From the NCBI GenBank assembly GCA_903854725.1, contig CAINWZ010000144.1, forward strand, positions 1,212 to 65,211: 64,000 nt of DNA. The letters run 5' to 3'. Origin of the DNA: an uncultured Bacteroidota bacterium. GTDB taxonomy: Bacteria > Bacteroidota > Bacteroidia > Chitinophagales > Chitinophagaceae. Shown here one piece after another: positions 37,566 through 46,830 of this stretch. The stretch's first letter is position 1. Every line of letters starts with the position of its first letter. The position numbers and the translations under genes are program-made. Under the pieces are notes generated by a model that did no database searches, had not been told where the DNA came from, and was given only the letters and a program-made list of their open reading frames with translations.

Positions 37566-39866
37566 CTAATGCGTGAATCTATCCAATATCCATTGCAAGT
37601 CGGATAATTTACCGGCCGCCTTGCCTATTTTATTGATATTATCAAGATTGGAATTGCCAACATTGTCTTTTCGAGAAATAGTAATTTTTTCCGTTTTGAT
37701 TTTATCTTTTTGTAATTCCTCTTCTTTCAATTTCTTGATATCATTTTTGATAGCTTCTCTTTCTTCTTTCAATTTTTGCAATTCTCGTTCTTTATCAGAC
37801 ATACCCTCCACTTTTCTATCCTGATTAGTATTTTCTTCCAAAGAGTTAACATCTTTTTCTCTTTTAGTTTCCTCTAATCCATTCTTAGTCATGATATACT
37901 CAACCCCTCTTTCAAATTGATAAGTTTCATTGTCCCAAGATTCATTCCATTCATCATACCAGTTGTCATCAGAAGTAATACGATCAATGGTACCCATCCT
38001 CATACCCCTTCCATTGATATTCACATTAGTTTGAGACCAACCTTTATTTGATATTTTAATACGCTTTCCTATAGGTACCGCAATGGTCATAATAATGTGC
38101 TGATTTCTAAATTTATCTATTTTATTAATACCAATGCCTTTATCTAAATACAACAAACTATCTTGCTGTGTGAGTTCAAAATTTATTTTATTCGCAAGTT
38201 CATTGGCATTTTGTATGGACTTTCCATTACTTAGCTTCACCACTTTCACTTGAAAACTATCATTTAAAGATTGTACAATTCTAATGCGTAAATTTCTTAC
38301 AAAAACAGTGTCTGCGTCATAGTAACCTTCAAAAGGTGTGATTTCGAACCAATGATTTTCATAATACTTCATTTTGGGTGCTGCTGTAATTTCTATAAAG
38401 TCAATGGCAGGGTTAGTCAAAGCAATACTTTGCTCTGTAGGAACATTATGTCTTGAAAAGCTATTTCCTAAGCTACTACCAAAATAAAATAACATGACCC
38501 AACCCGCTATCCATAAAGCCCAAAAACTTGACCTTACCCATACATTTGCTTTTTTAAATCCAGCAATTTTTCTGATTACCGCCGTTACAATACCAATAAT
38601 AGGCACCCAGATAAAAAGTAAAATGGCTCCAATCACAGACCAAGTTTGTGCACCCTCTTCCAATAAGAATCTTTTTAAGGGCAATAAAGCAGTGGCTGCT
38701 GCACCTATTCCAAATAAAGCAGCTAATAAGGAGATGCCTACTGTCGCCAAGATAAAATAAACGAATCCCTTAATGCATAAAGTAATGATTCTTCCTATAT
38801 AGTAAATAAATCCTTTTCTTTTTTCACTGGGTGGAGGAGCAGCAGCATCATTTGATGTTGTTTGTTTGCCTTCATTATTAGCCTCAGCATTGTCCTTATT
38901 TTTATTATATAAATTACTTCCCCAAGATTGGGCTCTCTTGCTAAAACCCTCCATATCATTTTGAATGGTGTTCTTAATGCTATTAATATCCACTTTCTCG
39001 CCTACCATTTCTAATTTATCCGCACTGGTTTTTGCCTCAGGCAATACCAACCATAAAACGATGTATACAAAAACGGCTCCAGGGCTAAAAGTAATATCTA
39101 AAAAATTAGGAAAATCAGGAAATTCCCAAAATTGCCAAAGATGTAAATGTCTAAAATTAAAAATAAATCTGATGAATGGAATTAAAAATAAAATTCTAAT
39201 AATCCATACTTGAATACCAAAATATTTTGATAAGCCTCCACAAACACCGCCTAATATTTTATTGTCTAAATCTCTAAACAATCTTTTACGAACACCGCCA
39301 ACTTCTTTAACAGAAGTGCTTGGTACTGCAATCCATAATATTAAATAGCCCAGTATATTGACACCGATTAAAAAGAACCAAAGGATGCGCACTACCAATG
39401 GCTCTATTCCAAAGTAGTTAGCGATACCGCTACAAACTCCACCTAACACTTTGTTTTGTTCGTCGCGATATAATCTTTTGGGTCTATTGCTTGACGAATC
39501 AAAATTTGAGTAAGTATTTCCACTCGCATTATTATAATTATTCTGATAATTATTTTGATTTGTACTTTGCCCAGATTGACTTGTACTCGCTTCAAATCCA
39601 TCCTGCGCTTCGAAATCTGCAGGGCGACCAATACTAGTAATAATTAAATTCATATCCTGCGCTGCAATACATACCGTTCCTTTTTTCAAACGTTCTTCAC
39701 ATAATTCAGCAATGCGACATTCAATGTCATTAATAATTTCATCGCGTCCTTCTTCGTTGGCGAAATAAGTACGAAGTGACTCTATATATTGTTTCAATGC
39801 TTCATACGCCATTTCTTCAATAGGAAGAATACGACCTTGAAAATTGATATTAATTACTTTGTTCAT
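37566..39866 (-). CDS. PspC-domain membrane protein (two PspC repeats, TM bundle, extracytoplasmic domain, coiled-coil tail)
   Basis: MNKVININFQG start; RLYRDEQNKVLGGVCSGIANYFG and RLFRDLDNKILGGVCGGLSKYFG; EAKTSADKLEMVGE. Residues 1-60 of the tracked ORF overlap padR and are not real. Confidence 0.88.
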   Translation of the reverse strand: MNKVININFQGRILPIEEMAYEALKQYIESLRTYFANEEGRDEIINDIECRIAELCEERLKKGTVCIAAQDMNLIITSIGRPADFEAQDGFEASTSQSGQSTNQNNYQNNYNNASGNTYSNFDSSSNRPKRLYRDEQNKVLGGVCSGIANYFGIEPLVVRILWFFLIGVNILGYLILWIAVPSTSVKEVGGVRKRLFRDLDNKILGGVCGGLSKYFGIQVWIIRILFLIPFIRFIFNFRHLHLWQFWEFPDFPNFLDITFSPGAVFVYIVLWLVLPEAKTSADKLEMVGEKVDINSIKNTIQNDMEGFSKRAQSWGSNLYNKNKDNAEANNEGKQTTSNDAAAPPPSEKRKGFIYYIGRIITLCIKGFVYFILATVGISLLAALFGIGAAATALLPLKRFLLEEGAQTWSVIGAILLFIWVPIIGIVTAVIRKIAGFKKANVWVRSSFWALWIAGWVMLFYFGSSLGNSFSRHNVPTEQSIALTNPAIDFIEITAAPKMKYYENHWFEITPFEGYYDADTVFVRNLRIRIVQSLNDSFQVKVVKLSNGKSIQNANELANKINFELTQQDSLLYLDKGIGINKIDKFRNQHIIMTIAVPIGKRIKISNKGWSQTNVNINGRGMRMGTIDRITSDDNWYDEWNESWDNETYQFERGVEYIMTKNGLEETKREKDVNSLEENTNQDRKVEGMSDKERELQKLKEEREAIKNDIKKLKEEELQKDKIKTEKITISRKDNVGNSNLDNINKIGKAAGKLSDLQWILDRFTH

Positions 39867-39877
39867 AAAATTTATAT

Positions 39878-40240
39878 TTAAGAAGCTGTTGCTTCTGATG
39901 TAGAAATAGGGTTGGTAACTTGAGTTAACTGATTTACAGCGGAAGTCATCTCGTTCCAAGTTTTTAATAAAACTTCGAAAGCAGCTTTTCCTTCTTCGGT
40001 CATCACAAAATATTTTCTTGGCGGACCACTGATACTTTCTACCCAACGATAATTTAATAGCCCCGCATTTTTTAAACGTGTTAACAAAGGATACAAGGTT
40101 CCTTCTAGTATATGCAAATTTGCCAACTTCATTTTCTCAACAATATCACTTGGATAAACCTCGCCTTGTTGAATGATGGACAATATGCAAAACTCTAGTA
40201 CGCCCTTGCGCATTTGACTTTGTGTGTTTTGAATATCCAT
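39878..40240 (-). CDS. padR: PadR-family transcriptional regulator
   Basis: MRKGVLEFCIL, EGTLYPLLTRL, GPPRKY. Confidence 0.93.
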   Translation of the reverse strand: MDIQNTQSQMRKGVLEFCILSIIQQGEVYPSDIVEKMKLANLHILEGTLYPLLTRLKNAGLLNYRWVESISGPPRKYFVMTEEGKAAFEVLLKTWNEMTSAVNQLTQVTNPISTSEATAS

Positions 40241-40258
40241 AACAATTGATTTGAAACA

Positions 40259-40266
40259 CAAAGCTA
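40259..40266 (-). promoter_or_regulatory. -7 box TAGCTTTG for padR-pspC
   Basis: CAAAGCTA on the + strand, 18 nt upstream of the ATG. Confidence 0.7.
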
Positions 40267-40272
40267 GGGATT

Positions 40273-40305
40273 ATTATAGTACTATGTGATACATAGTACT
40301 ATAAT
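40273..40305. promoter_or_regulatory. Perfect palindrome, probable PadR operator
   Basis: ATTATAGTACTATGT-GAT-ACATAGTACTATAAT (15-bp arms), lying immediately upstream of the -7 box. Confidence 0.75.
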
Positions 40306-40407
40306 TTTAGAAATAAAAAACACAATACATTGATTTACAATATATTATATAAATAATATTTTTATGAGCGATATTAATAAGGGATAAATGGTAGTCTAAA
40401 AGAAGGC

Positions 40408-41691
40408 TTAATACACTACCAATTCGAAGAAATCTTCCTCTTTTAAGTACTTTTCTGCCAATACCTGTAGTTCTTCAGAAGTGACAGAACGAACCACTTT
40501 GATGGTATTATAAAAATAATCTTCAGTTAAATCATTTAGTAAATAAGTTTTCCAACGACTTATAATTTGAAAGGGCCCATCTAAATCACCTAAGAGTGCT
40601 CCTAGCATATAATTTTTGACCAATTTCAACTCTTCCTCTTTCACTAAAGTTTCTCTTAAAATTTTCATTTCCTTATACACTTCTTCAATAGTGGCTTTAC
40701 AAACATCTTTCCCTGCATCGGTGCTTACCATCCACGCTCCTGCATGCATATAATTTTGTAAATAACTATGTATGCCATACGTATATCCTTTGTCTTCTCT
40801 AATATTACTCATCAATCGAGATCCAAAAAATCCACCAAAAATATTATTCAATACTTGTGTCGCTGGAAAATCAGGATGATGTCTATTCGGAAAATGTCTA
40901 GCTAAACGAATAGAGCCTTGCACAGACGCTGTATCATTTACAATACTATATTTTTTTTGTGTCGCAGAAACAATAGGATGCACCTGCTCTTTTATTTCTT
41001 TTTTATTTAAGGGGAGTTGCCCGATATACTTATTCAGTAAGGGTTCCATCGTAGCTGGAAACTTACCTGCAATAAAAATGACACATTTACCTTGCTTATA
41101 ATATTGTTCGTAAAAAGTAACTAAGTCTTCTCTATTAATGTTTTTATAATCCTGCTCCACTGAGTATTTTCCATATGGATGGTCAAAGCCAAATAAATAC
41201 TCATCAATTAATCTATTGGCTATAAAATCTCCTTTTTTCAAATTCAGCAATAACCTTTGAATTTGATTTTGTTTTAAAATAGCAATTTCTTTTTCTGGGA
41301 AAGTAGCTTCAGCAATAATTTCTCCCATCAATGGTATCACTTCTTGATAGTGCTTCGACAAACAATGCAAAGTAACTGTTGCCGTTTCATTGGTACAAGA
41401 CCTGTTTAAATGTGCTCCATAAAATTCAAAAGCATCTGTTATTTCAAAAGAAGTCTTAGTGCTTGTCCCATTTTTTAACAAGAAATTGGTAGCGGCTGCC
41501 ACCCAATTTTTTTGTTCAAAGCTATTACCTGCATAAAACACTAAATCTACTAATACCACCTCTTGTGCGCCCCCCTCATAGGCATACACTTCTACCCCAT
41601 TATCTAAAGTAAACTTATGATAAGGCTTCAATTGAATATTAAAATCAATAGCGTCTTTTATTATAGGTGCTGCTATTCTATCTACTGCCAT
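40408..41691 (-). CDS. M16 peptidase, non-catalytic subunit
   Basis: M16 fold motifs (FGGFFGSRLMSNIREDKGYTYG), but HxxEH is replaced by ATNFL. Confidence 0.88.
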   Translation of the reverse strand: MAVDRIAAPIIKDAIDFNIQLKPYHKFTLDNGVEVYAYEGGAQEVVLVDLVFYAGNSFEQKNWVAAATNFLLKNGTSTKTSFEITDAFEFYGAHLNRSCTNETATVTLHCLSKHYQEVIPLMGEIIAEATFPEKEIAILKQNQIQRLLLNLKKGDFIANRLIDEYLFGFDHPYGKYSVEQDYKNINREDLVTFYEQYYKQGKCVIFIAGKFPATMEPLLNKYIGQLPLNKKEIKEQVHPIVSATQKKYSIVNDTASVQGSIRLARHFPNRHHPDFPATQVLNNIFGGFFGSRLMSNIREDKGYTYGIHSYLQNYMHAGAWMVSTDAGKDVCKATIEEVYKEMKILRETLVKEEELKLVKNYMLGALLGDLDGPFQIISRWKTYLLNDLTEDYFYNTIKVVRSVTSEELQVLAEKYLKEEDFFELVVY

Positions 41692-41694
41692 GAT

Positions 41695-42933
41695 TTATGA
41701 TTTACTATAATAATATAATGTGTTGCGATTGTTGTCTTGGAATATTTTTTGAGCAGTAGACTGAATCATTGCCGGGGTTACTTTCTGATACATTCCCAAT
41801 TCCTTATTCATTAGATCTGCATCTCCCAATAATTCATAAAACGCTAAGCTATGAGCTCTATTCATAATACTGATGTCTTCGAAACAAATCACACTCTCTG
41901 TTTTATTAATTACTTTTTGCACTTCTTTGGCATCTAGTATTTCATTTTTTATTTTCTCAACTTCTTCTAACACCGCTTTTTCTGCAACGGTCATGCTAAT
42001 GCCTTTTACTAACTTTCCTTCAATCACTAATAATCCTGGATCAATTGTGCCAAAATGATAACAGTCTATAGAAGAAAATATTTGTTTCACTTTTATAAGT
42101 TGCTCATATAATCTAGCAGAAGCGCCGCCTCCTAAAACTTCTGTAATTAAATCTGTAGCATGATAGCCTTCGTCGAAGCGGCCTCCCATATGCCAAGTCA
42201 TCATCAACATATCCAATGGCACATCGGCTCTCACATCCATGGTTCTACTTTTCTCTTGTACTGGCTCCTTTGGTAAATTACGCACATAGGGAACGCCTGC
42301 GGGAATAGGACCAAACCATTTTTCTGCCAATTGCTTTACCTGTTCTGTTTGCACATTTCCCGTCACCACTAGTATGGCATTATTAGGTCGATAAAATTGA
42401 AAGAAAAAATCTTTTACATCTTGCATTGTAGCTTCCTCCACATGGGAAAGTGAAGCACCAATAGTCATCCATTTATAAGGATGTTTGGTATACGCCAAGC
42501 TGCGCATTTTATGCCATGCATCTCCGTATGGTTTATTGATATAATGTTCTTTAAATTCTTCACACACCACTTTGCGTTGCACTTCGAGGCTCTTCTCACT
42601 AAATGCCAAAGACAACATTCGATCACTTTCTAACCAAAAAGCAGTTTCAATATTTTCGGCCGGAATCTGACAATAATAATTGGTTAAGTCGTTGGTGGTA
42701 TATGCATTATTCTCACCACCCGCTCTTTGCAAAGGCTCATCATACACTGGAATATTAATACTACCCCCAAACATAAGATGTTCGAATAAATGCGCGAAGC
42801 CTGTTTTGCCAGGATCCTCATCTTTTGCCCCTACATTGTACAACACATTCACTACCGCCATAGGGGTACTGGTATCTTGGTGTACCAAAACTTTTAAGCC
42901 GTTGTCTAGTTGAAATTTTTCGAATTGTATCAT
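41695..42933 (-). CDS. M16 zinc peptidase, catalytic subunit
   Basis: TGFAHLFEHLMFGGS, NAYTT, ESDRM, EEFKE. Confidence 0.92.
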   Translation of the reverse strand: MIQFEKFQLDNGLKVLVHQDTSTPMAVVNVLYNVGAKDEDPGKTGFAHLFEHLMFGGSINIPVYDEPLQRAGGENNAYTTNDLTNYYCQIPAENIETAFWLESDRMLSLAFSEKSLEVQRKVVCEEFKEHYINKPYGDAWHKMRSLAYTKHPYKWMTIGASLSHVEEATMQDVKDFFFQFYRPNNAILVVTGNVQTEQVKQLAEKWFGPIPAGVPYVRNLPKEPVQEKSRTMDVRADVPLDMLMMTWHMGGRFDEGYHATDLITEVLGGGASARLYEQLIKVKQIFSSIDCYHFGTIDPGLLVIEGKLVKGISMTVAEKAVLEEVEKIKNEILDAKEVQKVINKTESVICFEDISIMNRAHSLAFYELLGDADLMNKELGMYQKVTPAMIQSTAQKIFQDNNRNTLYYYSKS

Positions 42934-43024
42934 AAAGACTGCGAAAATACTTAATAAGTACTATAGTTCCTTTTCTAATGAGTAGAACTCATTTTTAAGC
43001 CTTTCAAAACCCGATAAATTCAAG

Positions 43025-43032
43025 TAACTTTG
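43025..43032 (+). promoter_or_regulatory. -7 box TAACTTTG for mqnC
   Basis: TAnnTTTG match 21 nt upstream of the ATG. Confidence 0.7.
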
Positions 43033-43053
43033 TGGCCATTAAATACCTAAGCT

Positions 43054-44178
43054 ATGCAGCTGGAAGCCTTATACCAACGCGCCCTTAATTTTGAACACTT
43101 AAGCAAAGAAGAAGGAATGTTTTTGTTTGAAAACGCGCCTTTAACTGAATTAAGTTATATAGCCAATGAGTTAAGAAAAAAACAAGTGCCCCATGGTAAA
43201 GTAACTTGGCAAATTGATAGGAATTTAAATACCACTAATGTATGTATTGCCAATTGCAAGTTTTGTAATTTTTACAGAGTGCCTGGTCATCCTGAAGCCT
43301 ATATTACAGACATGGATACCTACCGTAAAAAAATTAAGGAAACTATTGAATGGGGTGGAGATCAATTATTATTACAAGGAGGTCATCATCCGGAATTAGG
43401 CTTAGCATTTTATACCGATATATTTAGTCAGATAAAAAAAGAATTTCCAACGATTAAGTTGCATACCCTAGGACCCCCAGAAATTGCACATATTGCGAAG
43501 TTGGAAAAAATGAGTCATACCGATGTATTAAAAGCATTGGTGGCTGCAGGAATGAATTCTTTGCCAGGTGCAGGTGCTGAAATTTTAGTAGACCGTGTAA
43601 GAAAATTGGTATCCAATGGTAAATGTGGGGCTGATGAATGGTTGGATGTAATGGCCGCAGCGCATCAATTAAATATTACCACCAGTGCTACTATGATGTT
43701 TGGTCATGTGGAAACCTTAGAAGAAAGATTTATTCACTTGGTGCGGATCAGAGAAGTACAAGATAGAAAACCAAAAGATGCCAAAGGTTTCTTAGCATTT
43801 ATTCCTTGGACCTTCCAAGACGTAGACACTTTGCTTACTAAAATTAGAGGGGTTCATAATTTAACCACTACGGAAGAATACATTAGAATGATCGCCATTA
43901 GTAGAATTATGCTGCCTAATATTAAAAATATTCAAGCAAGTTGGTTAACCGTTGGAAAAGCAACGGCACAGGTTTGTTTAGAAGCAGGTGCTAATGATTT
44001 TGGAAGTATTATGTTGGAAGAAAACGTGGTAAGTGCTGCTGGAGCGCCACACCGTTTTACTTATAAAACAATACAAGAAGCCATTAAGGAAGCAGGTTTT
44101 GAGCCTCAATTGAGAGACCAGCAATACGAATGGAGGACCTTGCCTACTGCCATCCAAGAACAAATTATAAACTACTAG
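43054..44178 (+). CDS. mqnC: CofH/MqnC-family radical SAM protein, probable dehypoxanthine futalosine cyclase
   Basis: DRNLNTTNVCIANCKFCNF, LLQGG, SLPGAGAEIL, TMMFGH, NIQASW, GANDFGS.MLEENVV. Confidence 0.8.
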   Translation: MQLEALYQRALNFEHLSKEEGMFLFENAPLTELSYIANELRKKQVPHGKVTWQIDRNLNTTNVCIANCKFCNFYRVPGHPEAYITDMDTYRKKIKETIEWGGDQLLLQGGHHPELGLAFYTDIFSQIKKEFPTIKLHTLGPPEIAHIAKLEKMSHTDVLKALVAAGMNSLPGAGAEILVDRVRKLVSNGKCGADEWLDVMAAAHQLNITTSATMMFGHVETLEERFIHLVRIREVQDRKPKDAKGFLAFIPWTFQDVDTLLTKIRGVHNLTTTEEYIRMIAISRIMLPNIKNIQASWLTVGKATAQVCLEAGANDFGSIMLEENVVSAAGAPHRFTYKTIQEAIKEAGFEPQLRDQQYEWRTLPTAIQEQIINY

Positions 44179-44239
44179 TAGTCAATGGGATTGATCCCTA
44201 TTGAACTAGCCAGATTGTCTCATAAACTTATTAATTGAC

Positions 44240-44265
44240 TGTAACATTTGAGTCAAGTGTTCGTT
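44240..44265 (+). promoter_or_regulatory. ECF sigma promoter, probably autoregulatory
   Basis: TGTAAC-N16-CGTT, 27 nt upstream of the ECF sigma ATG; fits the general ECF -35 AAC / -10 CGT pattern. Confidence 0.7.
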
Positions 44266-44292
44266 TAATGCTAATAGAACCCCGTTTTATCC

Positions 44293-44781
44293 ATGACTGA
44301 TAAAGAATTTAATATATGTGTCGATGACTACTCTGATGGGGTGTACCGCTTTATTGTAAAAAATATAAGAAATAAAGAAGACGCAAGAGATATTGTACAA
44401 ACGGCCTTTGAAAAACTTTGGATCAATAGAGAAAAAGTAGAAATGCTAAAAGCTAAATCTTATTTATTTACAGTGGCTTATCATCAAATGATTGACCAAA
44501 TTAGAAAAGAGAAAAATGTAGTGATGACTGACACCTTTGATGAAAATGCAAATGCAAGTTCACAAGGAAATCAAGAACTAAAACAAATACTACTACATGC
44601 CATTAATAATTTAAATCCCACTCAGAAGTGTTTGATTCTTTTAAAAGATTATGAGGGGTATTCATACCAAGAAATTGGAGAAATTATGCAGCTATCTGAA
44701 AGTCAAGTAAAAGTGTATTTGCATAGAGCTAGATTAATTTTAAAAAATAGGTTAACTCAATTAGAAAAAATTAGCGCCTAA
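44293..44781 (+). CDS. ECF sigma-70 family factor
   Basis: DARDIVQTAFEKLW, KSYLFTVAY (region 2); LLKDYEGYSYQEIGEIM, VKVYLHRAR (region 4). Confidence 0.93.
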   Translation: MTDKEFNICVDDYSDGVYRFIVKNIRNKEDARDIVQTAFEKLWINREKVEMLKAKSYLFTVAYHQMIDQIRKEKNVVMTDTFDENANASSQGNQELKQILLHAINNLNPTQKCLILLKDYEGYSYQEIGEIMQLSESQVKVYLHRARLILKNRLTQLEKISA

Positions 44782-44785
44782 TAAA

Positions 44786-45670
44786 ATGATAAACGAAAAC
44801 AACTACGAACCTTTTTTCTTGTCTTATATAGACAATGAATTGAGTGCTGCCGAAAGAGCGGCAGTAGAAGCTTTTGTTTTGACCTACCCGCAATACGCTG
44901 CGGAATTGACTGTTTTTGAAAAAACTAAACTCGCCCCGACTAACATTGAAATGGAAGATAAAATATTCTTGTACCGATTTAGTGAAATGGAAGCTAGCCT
45001 AGATAGCGATTTTAAAGCATCTCTCTATAAAAAAGAAGCCATCCTACGTAAACCTTTTTTCTCCAGAAATACTTCTAGCATTGCGATATCTATTGCTGCA
45101 CTCTTTATTTTATTCTTTGGACTAAAATTTATGGTGCCAAGCGAATCTTCATCCATAAAAAGTGTAGCAACAACTTTACTTAAAGAAACTGAAATTAAGC
45201 CCGCAACAGACATTGTTAAAAATGAAAAAAGCAACCTTAGCCTTAACAATACTAGCAATGCGCTTCAAACTGTCTTTGCAAATAATAAAATACAAATAGC
45301 AAAAAACGCTGCCACCCCTACTGAAAATACAGACAACAAAAGTATTGGCACAGTATTAGATGCAAGCTCAATGGGGACAAATAATATAACAGCTACCAAC
45401 AACGAAAAAAGCATGGATATCAATACCATTGCTACCACCACAGACTCCTACACTGAAACAACAAATATTCAAGCTACCCCTTTAGAACAAATAAATACGA
45501 CCCCTTTACTACCAACTGCTTATAAAGAAATTGATACGGACGAATCGGAAAGAGTCATCAATATTGGCATGCTAGAAATTGACGGTGCTAGTTTTAGAGG
45601 GATTACGAGAGGTATCACGAGCAGATTTTCGGCATTGTTAAAAAGAAATAAAACAGAAAAAGAAAAATAA
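44786..45670 (+). CDS. Membrane-anchored anti-sigma factor
   Basis: NYEPFFLSYIDNELSAAE anti-sigma N-domain, single TM, long Thr/Asn-rich linker, short conserved-looking C-terminus; 4 nt after the sigma gene. Confidence 0.7.
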   Translation: MINENNYEPFFLSYIDNELSAAERAAVEAFVLTYPQYAAELTVFEKTKLAPTNIEMEDKIFLYRFSEMEASLDSDFKASLYKKEAILRKPFFSRNTSSIAISIAALFILFFGLKFMVPSESSSIKSVATTLLKETEIKPATDIVKNEKSNLSLNNTSNALQTVFANNKIQIAKNAATPTENTDNKSIGTVLDASSMGTNNITATNNEKSMDINTIATTTDSYTETTNIQATPLEQINTTPLLPTAYKEIDTDESERVINIGMLEIDGASFRGITRGITSRFSALLKRNKTEKEK

Positions 45671-45672
45671 AT

Positions 45673-46725
45673 ATGAAAAAGAGATTACTCCCCCTATTAT
45701 TGTTATCTATAAGCCTTCAAGGTTTTTCGCAAAACGACAGTAGCAAAACAAATGTCCCTATAATAATCGAATCAGATACCATCGTCATTGGCAATATGAT
45801 CATTGTGAAAAAGGCAAGTGAACAAAATGAATATAATAATCGTCGCAATAGAAATAGATCCATGCCTTATGGCACTGTTATCAATATTAAGAATGGCAAA
45901 ATAGGAAAAGATACTTTCTTATCAGTGAATGACGATACTATTAAAGTGGGTCGAATAAATATTATTAAATCACAAGAGGGGGCCAACAAAAAAGATTGGG
46001 AAGCGATGGTAGAAAATGGAGATTTTGACAATACCCATATAACCATTGAACGCGCTCCTAAAAAATTAAAAAATGTAAACACCAATTGGTTCTCCTTTGA
46101 TTTAGGTTATGCGAATTATAGAGACGAGTCGGAGCAAATGGTTTATTTAATGATTTATCCTGGCCTACCTTACAATAAGTACTGGGTGAATTCAAATAGC
46201 TTAAAATTAGATAATAGAAAGTCAAGCAATTTTAATATTTGGATTGTACAACAAAAATTAAATGTATACCAACATAAAATAAATTTAAAATACGGCGTGG
46301 GTTTTGAAATGTTCAATTTCAGATTTGAACAACCCGTAAGTTTTAGAAATGAACCGGGTAAAACAGTGTACATGGACGATGTTAATTTTACAAAAAATAA
46401 ATTATTCGTCAAATACTTAACAGTACCTGTTCAATTAAACTTTCAACCAAACCCTAATAGCCGTAAAGGTTTTTATGCAAGTATTGGTTTAAGTGCAGGT
46501 TATTTAGTAGACTCAAGAAATAAACAAATAAGTGCCGAAAGAGGTAAACAAAAATATGATGGCAATTTTGAATTGAATAACTGGCGATTTGCCACTATTG
46601 GTGAATTAGGAATAGGTGGCATTAGACTCTATGGCTCTTATGGCTCCATTAATTTATTTGATAAAAACCAAAGCCATTTTTCTTTATTCCCTTATTCACT
46701 TGGTTTAAGATTTAGTAATTTTTAA
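45673..46725 (+). CDS. Outer membrane beta-barrel protein (porin-family-like) with N-terminal extension
   Basis: Signal peptide, amphipathic beta-strands (YLTVPVQLNF, GLSAGYL) and C-terminal aromatic residue (GLRFSNF). Confidence 0.75.
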   Translation: MKKRLLPLLLLSISLQGFSQNDSSKTNVPIIIESDTIVIGNMIIVKKASEQNEYNNRRNRNRSMPYGTVINIKNGKIGKDTFLSVNDDTIKVGRINIIKSQEGANKKDWEAMVENGDFDNTHITIERAPKKLKNVNTNWFSFDLGYANYRDESEQMVYLMIYPGLPYNKYWVNSNSLKLDNRKSSNFNIWIVQQKLNVYQHKINLKYGVGFEMFNFRFEQPVSFRNEPGKTVYMDDVNFTKNKLFVKYLTVPVQLNFQPNPNSRKGFYASIGLSAGYLVDSRNKQISAERGKQKYDGNFELNNWRFATIGELGIGGIRLYGSYGSINLFDKNQSHFSLFPYSLGLRFSNF

Positions 46726-46773
46726 TAAACTACTTTATTTGATAAGTTGATTTAGTTTTGGTGAACATGGTTT

Positions 46774-46808
46774 AAAAAAAGCCCTCCCGATATTTCGAGA
46801 GGGCTTTT
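46774..46808. terminator. Bidirectional intrinsic terminator
   Basis: A7-GCCCTC-CCGATATTTCGA-GAGGGC-TTTT between convergent genes. Confidence 0.85.
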
Positions 46809-46830
46809 GCATTATACAATTTATATATTT

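Noticed and set aside
42948-42966. TACTT-AAT-AAGTA and AAGTACTATA upstream of the M16 operon as a second PadR site
   Set aside because: Only 5-bp arms, and it lacks the ATGT/ACAT core.
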